Source: Nitrospirota bacterium
Lineage (GTDB): Bacteria > Nitrospirota > UBA9217
Direction: 5' to 3'
NCBI GenBank assembly: GCA_963818475.1
Contig: CAWFSF010000006.1
Coordinates: forward strand, 2,048,001 to 2,112,000
DNA length: 64,000 nucleotides
How positions within the stretch are numbered: the stretch's first letter is position 1; each line of letters begins with the position of its first letter. A model generated the notes under the pieces. It worked only from the letters and a program-made list of their open reading frames with translations. It was not told the origin of the DNA and searched no databases. The position numbers and the translations under genes were made by a program. This document shows positions 11,356 to 21,902 of the stretch, piece by piece.

Positions 11356-12536
11356 TTATTTCACGTCGTCTGCTGACCAGAATACGTACGGGTTCGATCT
11401 TGGGGCTTTCACCATCTGCGGCACGGGCGGCAGACCAGTTGATTCGAGCATGGATCTCATGCCAAGACGGTCAACAAGTTCGCCGATACGTTCGCGGTTC
11501 TTGCCATGGTCATCCCACCATTCCCAGAGCTTGCGGATAAGGTCCTCAAGGTTGTCGTACGGTGCTTCAAGCTTCATGAAAGGAACGATGACCCAGCTCA
11601 TGAGGGCACCGGTCACGATCGGGGCTTTGCCGCCGAGCATGATGGTTGCACCTTTTTCTTTGCCCGGGCGAAGCGCCTTCGGCATCTGATTGATGCAGTG
11701 CATGCAGCGGTTGCAATCCTTGTCATTGATCTTGAGCACAGCAGCCGTCGAAGCTCATGCACTTGGTCGGGCACATTTCGACGATTTCGGTCTTGATATC
11801 CATTTTTGAAGCATAGTTCTTTACTTCTGCTGCATCGATACGGATGGTGTCTCTCCAGGTGCCGATGATGGACATGTCAGCGCGGGCGATCGGCAGCGAC
11901 GCAGTCGTTGGCGCAGCCGGAAACCTTGATCTTGAACTTGTAGGGGAACGCGGGACGATGGAGCTCATCCTGGAACTTGTGGGTGAGCGTATCGCAGATC
12001 TCCATCGAGTCGATGTTCGCGAACTCGCAGCGGGACATACCTGCGCAGCAGCTCGGGGTGCGGAGGCAGGAGCCGGAACCGCCGAGATCCCAGCCCTTTG
12101 CCGTTGTTTCAGCAAAGATGGACTCAAGCTTGTCGGTCTGCGTACCGAGGAGGACCAGGTCGCCCGTGGAGCCGTGGAAGTTGGTCAGGCCGCTGCCGTA
12201 TTTGTCCCAGATGTCCATGAGATCGCGAAGAGCGCTCGTTGTATAGTAGAAACCGGCAGGCTGGTTGATACGGACGGTGTGGAAATGAGCGACACCCGGA
12301 TATTCTTCGGGAAGATCGCAGTAACGGCCGATAACGCCGCCGCCGTAACCAAGGACGCCGACGATGCCGCCGTGCTTCCAGTGGGTCACCTTGTCACGAT
12401 AGGAACGCTCAAGGATATTGAGCAGGTCTTGCGCGGTGTTGCTCTTCTTTGCGGACTTCTTGATCTCTTTTACGAAACTCGGCCATGCGCCTTTTTCCAG
12501 TTCATCAAGCATCGGTGTCTTTGCATCTTTGCTCAT
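11356..12536 (-). CDS. dsrA: Dissimilatory sulfite reductase alpha subunit (frameshifted)
   Basis: [72 protein letters not shown]. Confidence 0.97.
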
Positions 12537-12774
12537 GTAGGAAATCCTCCTTGGATAGAATTATCACACTGAAGCTAACTGCCTTGCTGCGATATAGTCT
12601 TGTACCTTACGAGAGTCGAGAACGGCCGCTACCCCTGGCAATGCAGGGGAGATAGAAACACGGGTCGTTCAGAATGATATAGGCCGCGTGGTCCCCCTTT
12701 CTAAATATTTTTTTTCAGTTTGGCGGGCACGTCTGGTGAGTCATTGATTACAAAAAAAACATGAAAGACGTATG

Positions 12775-12803
12775 ATTGTATGTGTACTACCCGTTTTAGT
12801 CAA
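12775..12803 (-). promoter_or_regulatory. sigma70-type promoter for the dsr operon
   Basis: Minus strand TTGACT-N17-TACAAT, about 230 nt upstream of the dsrA start. Confidence 0.65.
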
Positions 12804-13238
12804 ATAAAAAAAACTAATTAAAGCATAACTTAAAATAATTACACTGCGTACCGAAAATACAAAACAAAGTAATAATTACAGTAGGTTACAACAAATGCTA
12901 TCAGTAACTACAGGAGCAGACTGATAATGCAATATAGCTGCCATTTGGCAATATGCTCATTGAATCAACAATCCACTTAATAATCAAAATATTGCATTAA
13001 TAGCGTTCTGAAATATCAGGTTTAATTTTGGTAATCATACCATACAAATTATTAAAATTTGTATAATATTTTGTTTTTCCAGAATATTTTAAAAAGCCTT
13101 TTTTGGCATAATTGCCATATGCATTACTATTGATTGAGGAATGATGATCCGATATCAGATCATGTCGGACAACATAAGTCAACATATTGATTAAATGGTC
13201 TTTACAAACAAAAAGCACTTCTCCAGCCTGTATCTTTA

Positions 13239-13868
13239 TCATGCTACATACCATAATATGGCAATATAATGACTGATACTCCCGGCAAGCACGAAAATAT
13301 GAAATATGCCGTGGCCATTATGGATTTTTTTGTCAAAAACGTAAAAAATGACACCAACAGTATAAAACAAGCCACCTGCAACCAACCACACCATGCCCCA
13401 GACAGGCAACACTTTCATAAGCGGACGGACTGCAATAACGACGACCCAGCCCATGACAAGGTAGATCACTACTGAAAGTATGCGGTGCCCTGTTTGCAGC
13501 GCCAGTTCCTGGATGATGCCTACTGTCGCGAGCCCCCATACGATGCCGAAAATCGTCCACCCCCAAGTACCCCCCATGGTTACCAACGTGAACGGGGTAT
13601 AGGTACCGGCAATCAACAAGTAGATAGCCGTGTGGTCTATCTTTTGGAATAGGACCTTCGCTTTACCGCGAAGACTGTGGTAGAGCGTGGAAAAAAGATA
13701 AAGAGCGAACAGGGTAATACCATAGATACTGAAACTGACGATCCTCCAGGGATCACCCTTCAGACTGGCGGATACGACGAGAACAGCGAGCCCGACAAGC
13801 GCCAGCGTTGCTCCGATCAAATGGGTGATGCTGTTGAACTTCTCATCACGATACATATGATCACACAC
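13239..13868 (-). CDS. Hemolysin III / PAQR family membrane protein (TrhA-like)
   Basis: EKFNSITHLIG, STLYHSL, DHTAIYLLIAGTYTPF, HGIFHIFVLAGS; about 7 TM segments. Confidence 0.92.
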   Translation of the reverse strand: MCDHMYRDEKFNSITHLIGATLALVGLAVLVVSASLKGDPWRIVSFSIYGITLFALYLFSTLYHSLRGKAKVLFQKIDHTAIYLLIAGTYTPFTLVTMGGTWGWTIFGIVWGLATVGIIQELALQTGHRILSVVIYLVMGWVVVIAVRPLMKVLPVWGMVWLVAGGLFYTVGVIFYVFDKKIHNGHGIFHIFVLAGSISHYIAILWYVA

Positions 13869-14091
13869 TCAGAGAGTTCACCGTGAAAACGAGCTGACGA
13901 GCAAAGCCGCACAAGAACAAAGAAAATATAGCAGAAATCTTGCTATTTAGGTCATTTTATTTGGTGACTCAGGTTGTCCCTGTCAATTCTTTGTTGTTTT
14001 TCGTTCAGTGGCTAAAGTTCTTTTCAGTCAAAAAAAGCACGGATGTCAGCCAAACATCCTCCGACCGATTGAATGAGAGACAACCACCAAT

Positions 14092-14122
14092 AAAAAAAGG
14101 AGAGGCCTTTGAGACCTCTCCT
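14092..14122 (-). terminator. Intrinsic terminator after cooS
   Basis: Minus strand AGGAGAGGTCTCAAAGGCCTCTCC hairpin followed by T7. Confidence 0.75.
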
Positions 14123-14140
14123 GAAATTGCATTAACGTAT

Positions 14141-16120
14141 TTATACGACTTCGCCATGCGGCGTAGCAAAGGTCCCGCGGCGTGCGGCCATATCCATGAG
14201 CACGCGTTCCGTGCCAAATGCACCCTGTTCGTATTTGCGGATCTTCAGCTTTTCTCTCGCCGTGTCGATGAGCTTCAGCGCGAGTTCAAGGATCTTGCCA
14301 GGGTCTTCCTCGAAATAGAAGCCTGCCGTCACCATATCCCACCACTTGTTTTCCATGATATCGGTAAGCGTTTTGCTTGCGCTGACCGGCGATCCGGCGC
14401 CAAAGATGATCGGTACACCGGATGCTGCAAAGTAGGTGCCGATGGCGATGGCCTTTTCGCTCATCCACTCCGGACCGATACCGACCGCAGGAAGACCGCC
14501 GATGTCGTCGCCGAGACCGCCCGCTTCAGCGATATGAGATGCGATGGTCAGGATACGCGAGTTGTCAACGCAGGAACCGAGATGAAGCACCGGAGGAATG
14601 CCGATGGCCTCACAGACCTCACGAAGACCGGGGCCGGCGTTTTCAAGAGCCATCTCAGGCGTCATGTAGCCTGCCTTGGCCGAAGCATGGGCCGAGCATC
14701 CGGTCTGGACCACGAGCACGTCGTTCTTAATGAGCTCGCGGGTAAGAAAATTATGAATGCTGTCCTGGCTAATGCGGGGGTTGTTGCACCCCGCCAGGCC
14801 GACAACGCCGCGGATACGGCCCGCAATGATGGCATCGTTCAGCGGCCGATAGGAACCCCGGTACTGTCCGCCCTGCATGTATTCAATATATTCATCAGAG
14901 AACCCGGCGATCATGTCCGCGGGCTTGACGTTGGCGTGAGCAACATCTTCCTTTTTGCGGTTCGGGAAATTATCGATCGCGAGACGAACGACTTGTTTGG
15001 CCTGATCCAGGGCATGGTGCTCATCATATTCAATATGCACCGCATCTTTCATTTTGCCCTTATTCGTCGTCGTAACGATCTTGGTGTGGTATTTTTTTGA
15101 AAGCTCACCGATTGCAGGCATGATGCACTGCACGTCCACCACCATGGCCTCTACCATACCGGTTATGATGCCGAGTTCCTGCTGCAGGAATCCGCCGGCG
15201 GTGTCGATGCCGTGGCGGACAAGGATCTCGTTCGCGGTGCAGCACATGCCCACGAGGTTAACCCCTTTGGCACCCTTGGACTTTGCATATGCGGTGATCT
15301 CCGGGTCCTCCACCGCAACAACCAGCATTTCGGCGAACGACGGTTCGTGACCGTGAACCACGAGGTTCACATGGTCTTCCTTGAACACATCAAGGCTGGC
15401 CCGGGCCTTGAGCGGTCTGGGAGTGCCGAAGAGGATGTCCGAAATATCCGTCCCCATCATGGAACCGCCCCACCCGTCCGCGAGCGACGCGCGCATGGCG
15501 CCGAGCATGATATTGTTCACTTCCTGGTCCACACCCATGGTCGTGCGGTGCATCATTTCCACGACTTCACGGTCGATCGCGCGCGGCGCGATGCCGAGCT
15601 TCTTCCAGATCTCCTGACGCTTTTTGGGCGCCCGGGACAGGTAGGCGAGCTCTCCCCGCTGCTGACCGAACTGTTCGAGAAATTTCAGCGCCACCTTCTC
15701 GGCAACTTCGTTCACCTGTTTACCCTCTACATCGATGCCAAGGTAACCGGCAACGCGGTTCAGTTTGCGAACGTCCTTGATCTTGAAATCCTTGGCTTCA
15801 CCACGCGCTACGGCAAGAAGCGTGTTCGCCAGGTCTCTGGCGTGATCGGAATGCGCCGCAGTGCCCGCGGCGACCATACGGGCAAAATTCCTCGCGGTCA
15901 CGACCGGCAGCGATGCGCCGCATACACCCATGGCCTCGTCTTCCTTGCCAACCAACCGGCAGGGTCCCATGTGGCACATCTTGCAACAGGCGCCTTGGTG
16001 ACCGATGGGGCATGGTTTCAGCTTTTCAGCCCGTTCAAATGAAGTCTCATACTTTTTCAGTCCGGCAACTTTGAGCAGTGCCTGGGCACCGGGATCAACG
16101 GATTTTAGTTCTTCTTTCAT
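14141..16120 (-). CDS. cooS: Anaerobic Ni-containing carbon monoxide dehydrogenase
   Basis: D/B-cluster motif CPIGHQGACCKMCHMGPC, HSDH, and C-cluster ligands in HGHEP, GMCCT, DVQC, GCNN, GCSA, SCVD; WMSEKA. Confidence 0.96.
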   Translation of the reverse strand: MKEELKSVDPGAQALLKVAGLKKYETSFERAEKLKPCPIGHQGACCKMCHMGPCRLVGKEDEAMGVCGASLPVVTARNFARMVAAGTAAHSDHARDLANTLLAVARGEAKDFKIKDVRKLNRVAGYLGIDVEGKQVNEVAEKVALKFLEQFGQQRGELAYLSRAPKKRQEIWKKLGIAPRAIDREVVEMMHRTTMGVDQEVNNIMLGAMRASLADGWGGSMMGTDISDILFGTPRPLKARASLDVFKEDHVNLVVHGHEPSFAEMLVVAVEDPEITAYAKSKGAKGVNLVGMCCTANEILVRHGIDTAGGFLQQELGIITGMVEAMVVDVQCIMPAIGELSKKYHTKIVTTTNKGKMKDAVHIEYDEHHALDQAKQVVRLAIDNFPNRKKEDVAHANVKPADMIAGFSDEYIEYMQGGQYRGSYRPLNDAIIAGRIRGVVGLAGCNNPRISQDSIHNFLTRELIKNDVLVVQTGCSAHASAKAGYMTPEMALENAGPGLREVCEAIGIPPVLHLGSCVDNSRILTIASHIAEAGGLGDDIGGLPAVGIGPEWMSEKAIAIGTYFAASGVPIIFGAGSPVSASKTLTDIMENKWWDMVTAGFYFEEDPGKILELALKLIDTAREKLKIRKYEQGAFGTERVLMDMAARRGTFATPHGEVV

Positions 16121-16246
16121 GAGTGTGGTAAACTCCTTTCACATGGAGGGAACGGTCCCTCGTACAAAGCTTATGTATTATACGAAAATACACTTAAAAA
16201 ACCAGACTAAGTTCGTCTACAACGGTTCCGCGCCTGTGCCATGCAT

Positions 16247-18427
16247 TTATTTCTGCAGGACCGGCTGCTTGACTTCCATGACCGTGACCACGGCCGATCT
16301 GGAGAGCAGACCCTGGTTCATGGCCAGAAGAAGTATTGTCGTGGATATGCCATAGGGCTTTCCTGCTGCTGCTTTGACAGGCATTAACGCTCCAGCTGCG
16401 ATCTTGCCGGTTTTTGCCTTCTTTACGAGCGAAGAAACGTCCTTTGCACTGATCGCTTTGGTCTTACTCACCGCCGCCGATATTACTTCGGCGATCTCAG
16501 CGCCGTCCTTCGCATCACCGGCAGCAGACTGCGCCTGGGCAAAAACCTTCTGCTGGCCATAGGTGGTGATGATCGTGCCTTGTTTTTCGTAAAGGGCGGT
16601 CATTGGAAGCACCAGATCGGCCTTCTCGGTAAGTGCGTTCGCATGGCTCGCCTGAACGATCAGCGTGCCTGCCTTAAAATCACTATCCGGCACGTTGCCG
16701 GCAACGAACAGTACACCCATTCCGGACTTCATTGAGCCGTAGTTCTTTCCTGTTTTCTTGATCGCGGAAAAGCCCGGGCCCAGATCGGAAAGGCAACCCA
16801 TCTGCATGACACCAAGCGCATTCGCCTCGAGCATAAGCGGCATGACGCCGGCATTCTTCAGATTTGCGAGGTTCAGGGCCTGGAGCGATGCATCTTCGCT
16901 GGCCGAAATACCGGTGCCGAAGATGACCACGGGCTGCTTGGCTGCTGCATAGGCTTTTGCTGCCTCAACGATCTTTTCAACAGGTACGCCGCTGACCGAG
17001 GAGGCTTCGTCCGCAGCCACAAGATCTTTTTTGAGTGCTTCAACTTCTTTCGGTTTGGTGGTCAGACCCTCGGCCAGGGCCGCAGACATAACACCGGCCA
17101 GAAGCGCCGTATCCGTCCCCGGCTTCAGTTCAAGATGAATAGCATTCACATGGGTGGTAAGCCCGATCTTATCGGGGTTCACAACGATGATCTTTGCTCC
17201 TGCCTGCGCCCTGCGGCGGATCATGACGTCGATCTCCTGGAGCGACTGGCCTTTCTGCGACGGATCAGCGCCGATCACCACAACACAGTCGGCGGCTGCA
17301 AGGTCAGCTTTGGAGGCAATGGCAATGCCGTTATCACCGTAGACGGCACGCAGCGCAGCGATCGCGCCGCCCGCGTAGGCCGCTGCCGGCGTGCTGATGT
17401 TGGGGCTCCCGACAACATCGCGGGCCAGCAGCTCGAGCGCTGCAGCCTCTTCATTGGTAAGTGAACCTGCAACGATGAATCCGGCGCTGTCTCCGGCCTT
17501 CTTGAGCGCATCAGCCGCGATCTTCGATGCATCTTCCCAGGTTGTGGGAACCAGTTTGTTGCCCTGTTTTTTCATCGGCGCGGTGATCCGGTTCACTGAC
17601 GCAAGCGCATCGAAGCCGAAACGGCCGATGGCGCAGATATAACCATTGCTTTCTTTGGTGTTCACTTTAACGATACGGCCGTCCTTCTTGCTCACCACGA
17701 CGCTGCAGCCCGAAGCGCAGGCAGTGCAGACCGATTCGGACTTATCGAGGTCCCACTCCCGGCCATGCTGCCAGCGGTCGCGTTCCATGATCGTGTTCAC
17801 CGGGCAGGCTTCGACACAGGAACCGCAGAAGGTGCAGCCCGACTCATGGAGCGGTTTGTCCTGGGCCGTCGATACCTTGGTCGTGATGCCGCGGCCCATG
17901 AAATCAAGCACGTTCGTACCCTGCTCCTTGCAGACCCGTACGCACCGACCGCACAGGATGCAGTAGTTGTTGTCGATCGTGATGAAGGGGCTTTTATCGT
18001 TCAGCTCATAATTAAAACTCTTGCGGCCGAAGGATGACTCCCGGATGCCGAGATCGGCAGCATAGCGCTGCAGGTCGCAGTCGCCGGCCTTGGGGCAGGT
18101 CATGCAATCGAGGGGATGGAAGGAAAGCACCAGGTCGGTCACGAACTTCCTGATTTCCTCGACCTTGGGGGTCTTGGTCTGGACCTTCATGCCTTCCTTG
18201 GTCCTGGTCGTGCAGCCGGTGACGGGCGTCCTCATGCCCTCGATCTCGACCATGCACATACGACAGGCGCCCACGCCGCGCAGTTCCTTGATATGGCACA
18301 GGTTCGGGATGTGCACCCCTACGGTCGCGGCCGCATCAACAAGGGTCATACCCTCGGGAACAGAAACGGCCTTGCCGTCAAATTCCATATTTATCATCTT
18401 CATCATAGCATCCTCCGTGTAAAGCAA
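16247..18427 (-). CDS. NuoG/HydA-N-like Fe-S subunit with degenerate molybdopterin-oxidoreductase domain
   Basis: [2Fe-2S] motif IPNLC...GACRMC...GC, HPLDCMTCPKAGDC, CILCGRCVRVC, CTFCGSCVEACP, CTACASGC...ICAIG. No H-cluster motifs and no evident Mo-ligand Cys/Sec. The true start is probably a downstream ATG near 18406. Confidence 0.85.
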   Translation of the reverse strand: MLYTEDAMMKMINMEFDGKAVSVPEGMTLVDAAATVGVHIPNLCHIKELRGVGACRMCMVEIEGMRTPVTGCTTRTKEGMKVQTKTPKVEEIRKFVTDLVLSFHPLDCMTCPKAGDCDLQRYAADLGIRESSFGRKSFNYELNDKSPFITIDNNYCILCGRCVRVCKEQGTNVLDFMGRGITTKVSTAQDKPLHESGCTFCGSCVEACPVNTIMERDRWQHGREWDLDKSESVCTACASGCSVVVSKKDGRIVKVNTKESNGYICAIGRFGFDALASVNRITAPMKKQGNKLVPTTWEDASKIAADALKKAGDSAGFIVAGSLTNEEAAALELLARDVVGSPNISTPAAAYAGGAIAALRAVYGDNGIAIASKADLAAADCVVVIGADPSQKGQSLQEIDVMIRRRAQAGAKIIVVNPDKIGLTTHVNAIHLELKPGTDTALLAGVMSAALAEGLTTKPKEVEALKKDLVAADEASSVSGVPVEKIVEAAKAYAAAKQPVVIFGTGISASEDASLQALNLANLKNAGVMPLMLEANALGVMQMGCLSDLGPGFSAIKKTGKNYGSMKSGMGVLFVAGNVPDSDFKAGTLIVQASHANALTEKADLVLPMTALYEKQGTIITTYGQQKVFAQAQSAAGDAKDGAEIAEVISAAVSKTKAISAKDVSSLVKKAKTGKIAAGALMPVKAAAGKPYGISTTILLLAMNQGLLSRSAVVTVMEVKQPVLQK

Positions 18428-18560
18428 ATTCCAAAATTCAAATTACAAATCCCAAATACTATCCAAATCTCAAAATCCAATGACTGGTCTAAACGTTTGG
18501 GGCTTGATACTTGGTCATTGGTGCTTATTTGTAATTTGGTGCTTGGGATTTGGTGCTTGT
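18423..18560. repeat. Intergenic palindromic element of degenerate heptamer repeats
   Basis: AAATTCC/AAATTAC/AAATCCC/AAATCTC units followed by complementary TTTGGTG/CTTGGGA/ATTGGTG units; related copy at 26275-26392. Confidence 0.6.
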
Positions 18561-18561
18561 T

Positions 18562-19168
18562 TTAAACAGGGCATGTCCCGACCACATGCCGTACCGGCTT
18601 CGCGGGCTCTTCCTCGACCGTCGGGGCGGCTTCGTAAATATAGACCGCACCCTCGGGACAGACCTTTATACATTCGCCGCAATGGGTGCAGCGTTTCTGC
18701 CTGATGCGGTAGGGCGTGAAACCCGTTTTATAGGGTTGTTTCTTCTGGCCCTCAATGGCGAAGTCCTTGCACACTTCACGGCACTTGTCGCACATGGTGC
18801 AGCGGTTCGCATCGATGTTGTAGGAAACGAGGGCGGCGCATTCATTGATCGTACAGACCCCCTGGACATGACGTTCAAGCAAGCGCGGCATGGTCGTTCA
18901 GAAAGGCGGCCAGAATGTCGGCGTGGTCTTTGCCCTTCTTGCACATGCCGCCGTCCTTCACATCAACAGCGATCCGTTTGAGCTGTGCGATATGTTTTGT
19001 CACGCCCTTGCCGGCCTGGATCGTCTCGAAGATCTTTATGGCGTCGTAGATGCCGAGTTTGCAGGGATGGCATTTGGAGCACATGCCGTCCTTGGAGTCG
19101 TCGTTGTAGAATTTCTCAAGCTTGATTCTCGTCAGGTTGACCGGGCACTTACTTTCTTGCTGCGACAT
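18562..19168 (-). CDS. Stand-alone HydB/NuoF C-terminal-like Fe-S protein (frameshift near 18890)
   Basis: [10 protein letters not shown]...MCSKCHPCKLG...GMCKKG...EHVQGVCTINEC, then CTMCDKCREVC and CTHCGECIKVCP. Confidence 0.8.
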
Positions 19169-21050
19169 GGGCCCCTCCTTTTTCCACGACAATGGCCCTA
19201 GTGGGACAGACGGTGTAGCAGGCCTTGCACTTGGTGCAGTAGTCCTGGTCGATGAAGAACTTGTCCCGCAGTCTCGACCACCGCGTCGAAAGCGCAGGCA
19301 GTCTTGCACATGCCGCAGAGGATGCAGTGTTCGGGAAGGATGCGGAAGGTCCCGAGTCCCTGACAGCGTTTGGCCCGGCAGAACTTGTCGTTCACATGCT
19401 CTTCATATTCTTCGCGGAAATACTTGATCGTGGAAAGCACCGGGTTCGGGGCGCTGTTGCCGAGGCCGCAGAGCGATCCGGCCACGACCATCTTGCCCAT
19501 TTTCTCAAGCAGCTCGATATCGCCTTTTTCACCCTGTCCTGACGTGATTTTGTCCAGCAGTTCGTACATCTGCCACGTGCCGATCCTGCAGGGCGGGCAC
19601 TTGCCGCAGGACTCGCTCTTGGTAAAGGACAGGAAGTACTTGGCCACGTCCACCATGCAGTCGTCCTCGTCCAGCACCACCATGCCGCCGGAGCCCATGA
19701 TCGAGCCCACCGTCGCCAGGGTGTCGAAGTCGACCTGCATGTCGAGGAACTGGGCAGGGATGCAGCCGCCCGACGGTCCGCCGGTCTGGACCGCCTTGAA
19801 CTGCCTTGTCCGGGTTCAGCATGCCGCCGCCGATGTCGAAGATGATCTCGCGGAGCGTGATGCCCATGGGGACCTCGATGAGGCCCGTGTTCTTGATCTT
19901 GCCGGTCAGGGCGAAGACCTTGGTGCCCTTCGATTTCTCGGTGCCGATCGAGGTATAGTAGTCAAGCCCCTTGGTGAAGATCGTCGGGATGTTGGCAAAG
20001 GTCTCGACGTTGTTCAGGTTCGTGGGCATGTTCCAGAGGCCGCCGGCCGCTTCGGAGAGCCGCGGAGGACGGGGACGCGGCATGCCGCGTTCGCCTTCGA
20101 TGGAGGCAACAAGAGCTGTTGATTCGCCGCAGACAAAGGCGCCTGCGCCTTCCTTGATCTCCATGGTCGAAATCGAGGCCGCTGCCCAGGATGTTCTTGC
20201 CCAGAAGCCCCATCGCCTCGGCCTGTTTGATGGCAATGCCGAGGTTCTTCACGGCAAGGGGATACTCGTGCCGCACGTAGATATAACCGAATTGCGCGCC
20301 GATAGCGAAGGCATTGATGATCATGCCTTCCATGACGGAATGGGGATCGCCTTCCATGAGCGCGCGGTCCATGAACGCGCCCGGATCGCCTTCGTCGCCA
20401 TTGCAGACCACGGCCTTGATCTTGGCGCCCGATTTCTTGGTATGCTCCCACTTGAGCCCTGCCGGGAAGCCTGCGCCACCGCGACCGCGCACGCCCGACT
20501 TCTTGACGATGTCGATGACCTCGTCGGGCTTCATCTCGGTCAGCACCTTGGCCAGGCCGGCATAACCATCCTCGCGGATGGAGTCGTAGATGTTGCAAGG
20601 GTCGACGATGCCGTTCTTATGAAGCGCCAGGCGTTTCTGTTTTTTGTAGAACGGGATGTCCTGCATGGCCACATTGGGCTCAGCAAGCGGGACCTCGCGG
20701 TAGAGCTGCTTTCGGTACGGCACGCCCTGCAGTACAGATCCGGAGAACAGGGCAGGAATATCAGCCACCTTCACCTTCTGATAAAAGGTCTCCTGCGGTT
20801 CCTGAACAACGACCGGGCCGCGCTGACAGAACCCCTGGCAGCCGGTCTTGACGATCTCGAGGTTCTCACCCTTTGCCGCGGCTTCTTCCTCGAACTTCTT
20901 GACAAGCTTGTTCGAACCCGAGGCCTGGCATGCCGTGCCGCAGCAGACCCGGACCCGGTGAGTGTCCTTCTCTTTACGCTCGTTCTGCAGTTTGGTGCGA
21001 AGGGCCGCGAGCTCGGCAACGCTGTTTAGCCGCTTAAACGTGAGTTCCAT
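19149..21050 (-). CDS. HydB/NuoF-like FMN/NAD(P)-binding subunit (frameshifted)
   Basis: N-terminal CCGTAC...[65 protein letters not shown], and C-terminal [11 protein letters not shown] and [12 protein letters not shown]. Confidence 0.92.
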
Positions 21051-21524
21051 GTTCACTCCTCGCCATCGCAATGATATCATCCACCATCTTCGGCGTAAGC
21101 TCGCCGTAGAGGTCCTGGTCATTCACCGTGGCTACCGGTGCCAAGGCGCAGCAGCCCACGCAGCCCACGGTCTCAAGCGTGACCGAACGGTCAGCCGTGG
21201 TCTCGCCTTGCTTGATGCCCAGCTTGGCTTCCATCTCGGTCAGCACGTCCTTGGCGCCCCGCACATGGCACGCCGTACCCATGCAGACCTTGACGATGTT
21301 CTTGCCCCGCGGTTTGAAATGGAAGTGTTTGTAGAACGAAGCCACGCCATACACGTTGTTAATCGAAAGAGACATGCGGTCCGCAGATCATCGTCATCGC
21401 ATCCTCGGGCAGATAGCCCACCTTCTCCTGCACCCGCTGCAGCACAGCAATGAGCATGCCTCGCTGGCCTTGTGCATCGTCGAGGACAGTATTAACCTTC
21501 TTTCAGATCTTCTTGCTCGAGCAC
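21034..21524 (-). CDS. HydC/NuoE-like [2Fe-2S] subunit (frameshifted)
   Basis: LIAVLQRVQEKVGYLPE, VYGVASFY, VCMGTACHV, GCVGCCALAP; GTG start after RBS GGGAGG. Confidence 0.9.
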
Positions 21525-21836
21525 TGTATCAACCTCCCCTCACCTGCCGTACACTGGTGCATTCGGTACGGTAGATCGGATCCCTGACATAATTTTTGGT
21601 GATGGTACCGCGAAATGCGAATGTGCTACTTTTTGTAACTATTGAGAATATTTGCAATGATTTTTGCGCATTAGGGAGTGTGCATATTAGCAACCACTTG
21701 GTAAAAAATCAAGGGAAAATACTATAAATAAATTTCATATTGAAATTATATTTCTCTATTTATGCGGCTGCTCAATGCTTGAGGACCTCTCGTCCAGTGT
21801 GACGAGGTCCATCGAATACCGCGTTCCCCTGACTGT

Positions 21837-21865
21837 TTGACACACCCGGATTCGCCTGCTATATT
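21837..21865 (+). promoter_or_regulatory. sigma70-type promoter for glgC
   Basis: TTGACA-N17-TATATT with TG extension. Confidence 0.55.
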
Positions 21866-21902
21866 CAACGTACTATCAGCCTGTTGAAAGAGAGGATACA
21901 CG

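Noticed and set aside
384-12536. Numerous frameshifts in dsr genes (also in hydB/C-like, glgC, tsaD and the giant gene) suggesting pseudogenes or programmed frameshifting
   Set aside because: Indels are scattered, hit essential genes such as tsaD, and leave all catalytic motifs intact without nonsense decay. This is typical of unpolished long-read error.
12810-13238. AT-rich stretch with an 85 aa ORF (12997-13254), possible foreign insert
   Set aside because: No recognisable product, RBS or mobile-element ends. More simply the upstream regulatory region of the dsr promoter.
13940-15100. Long plus-strand ORFs antisense to cooS (and similar ones opposite dsrB, hydB, aroG-like and the giant gene)
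   Set aside because: Shadow ORFs caused by GC-rich codon bias on the coding strand; no motifs or RBS.
16247-18427. Formate dehydrogenase alpha or [FeFe]-hydrogenase call
   Set aside because: No H-cluster motifs and no Mo/W-ligating Cys/Sec-His motif or in-frame TGA; the molybdopterin domain is truncated.
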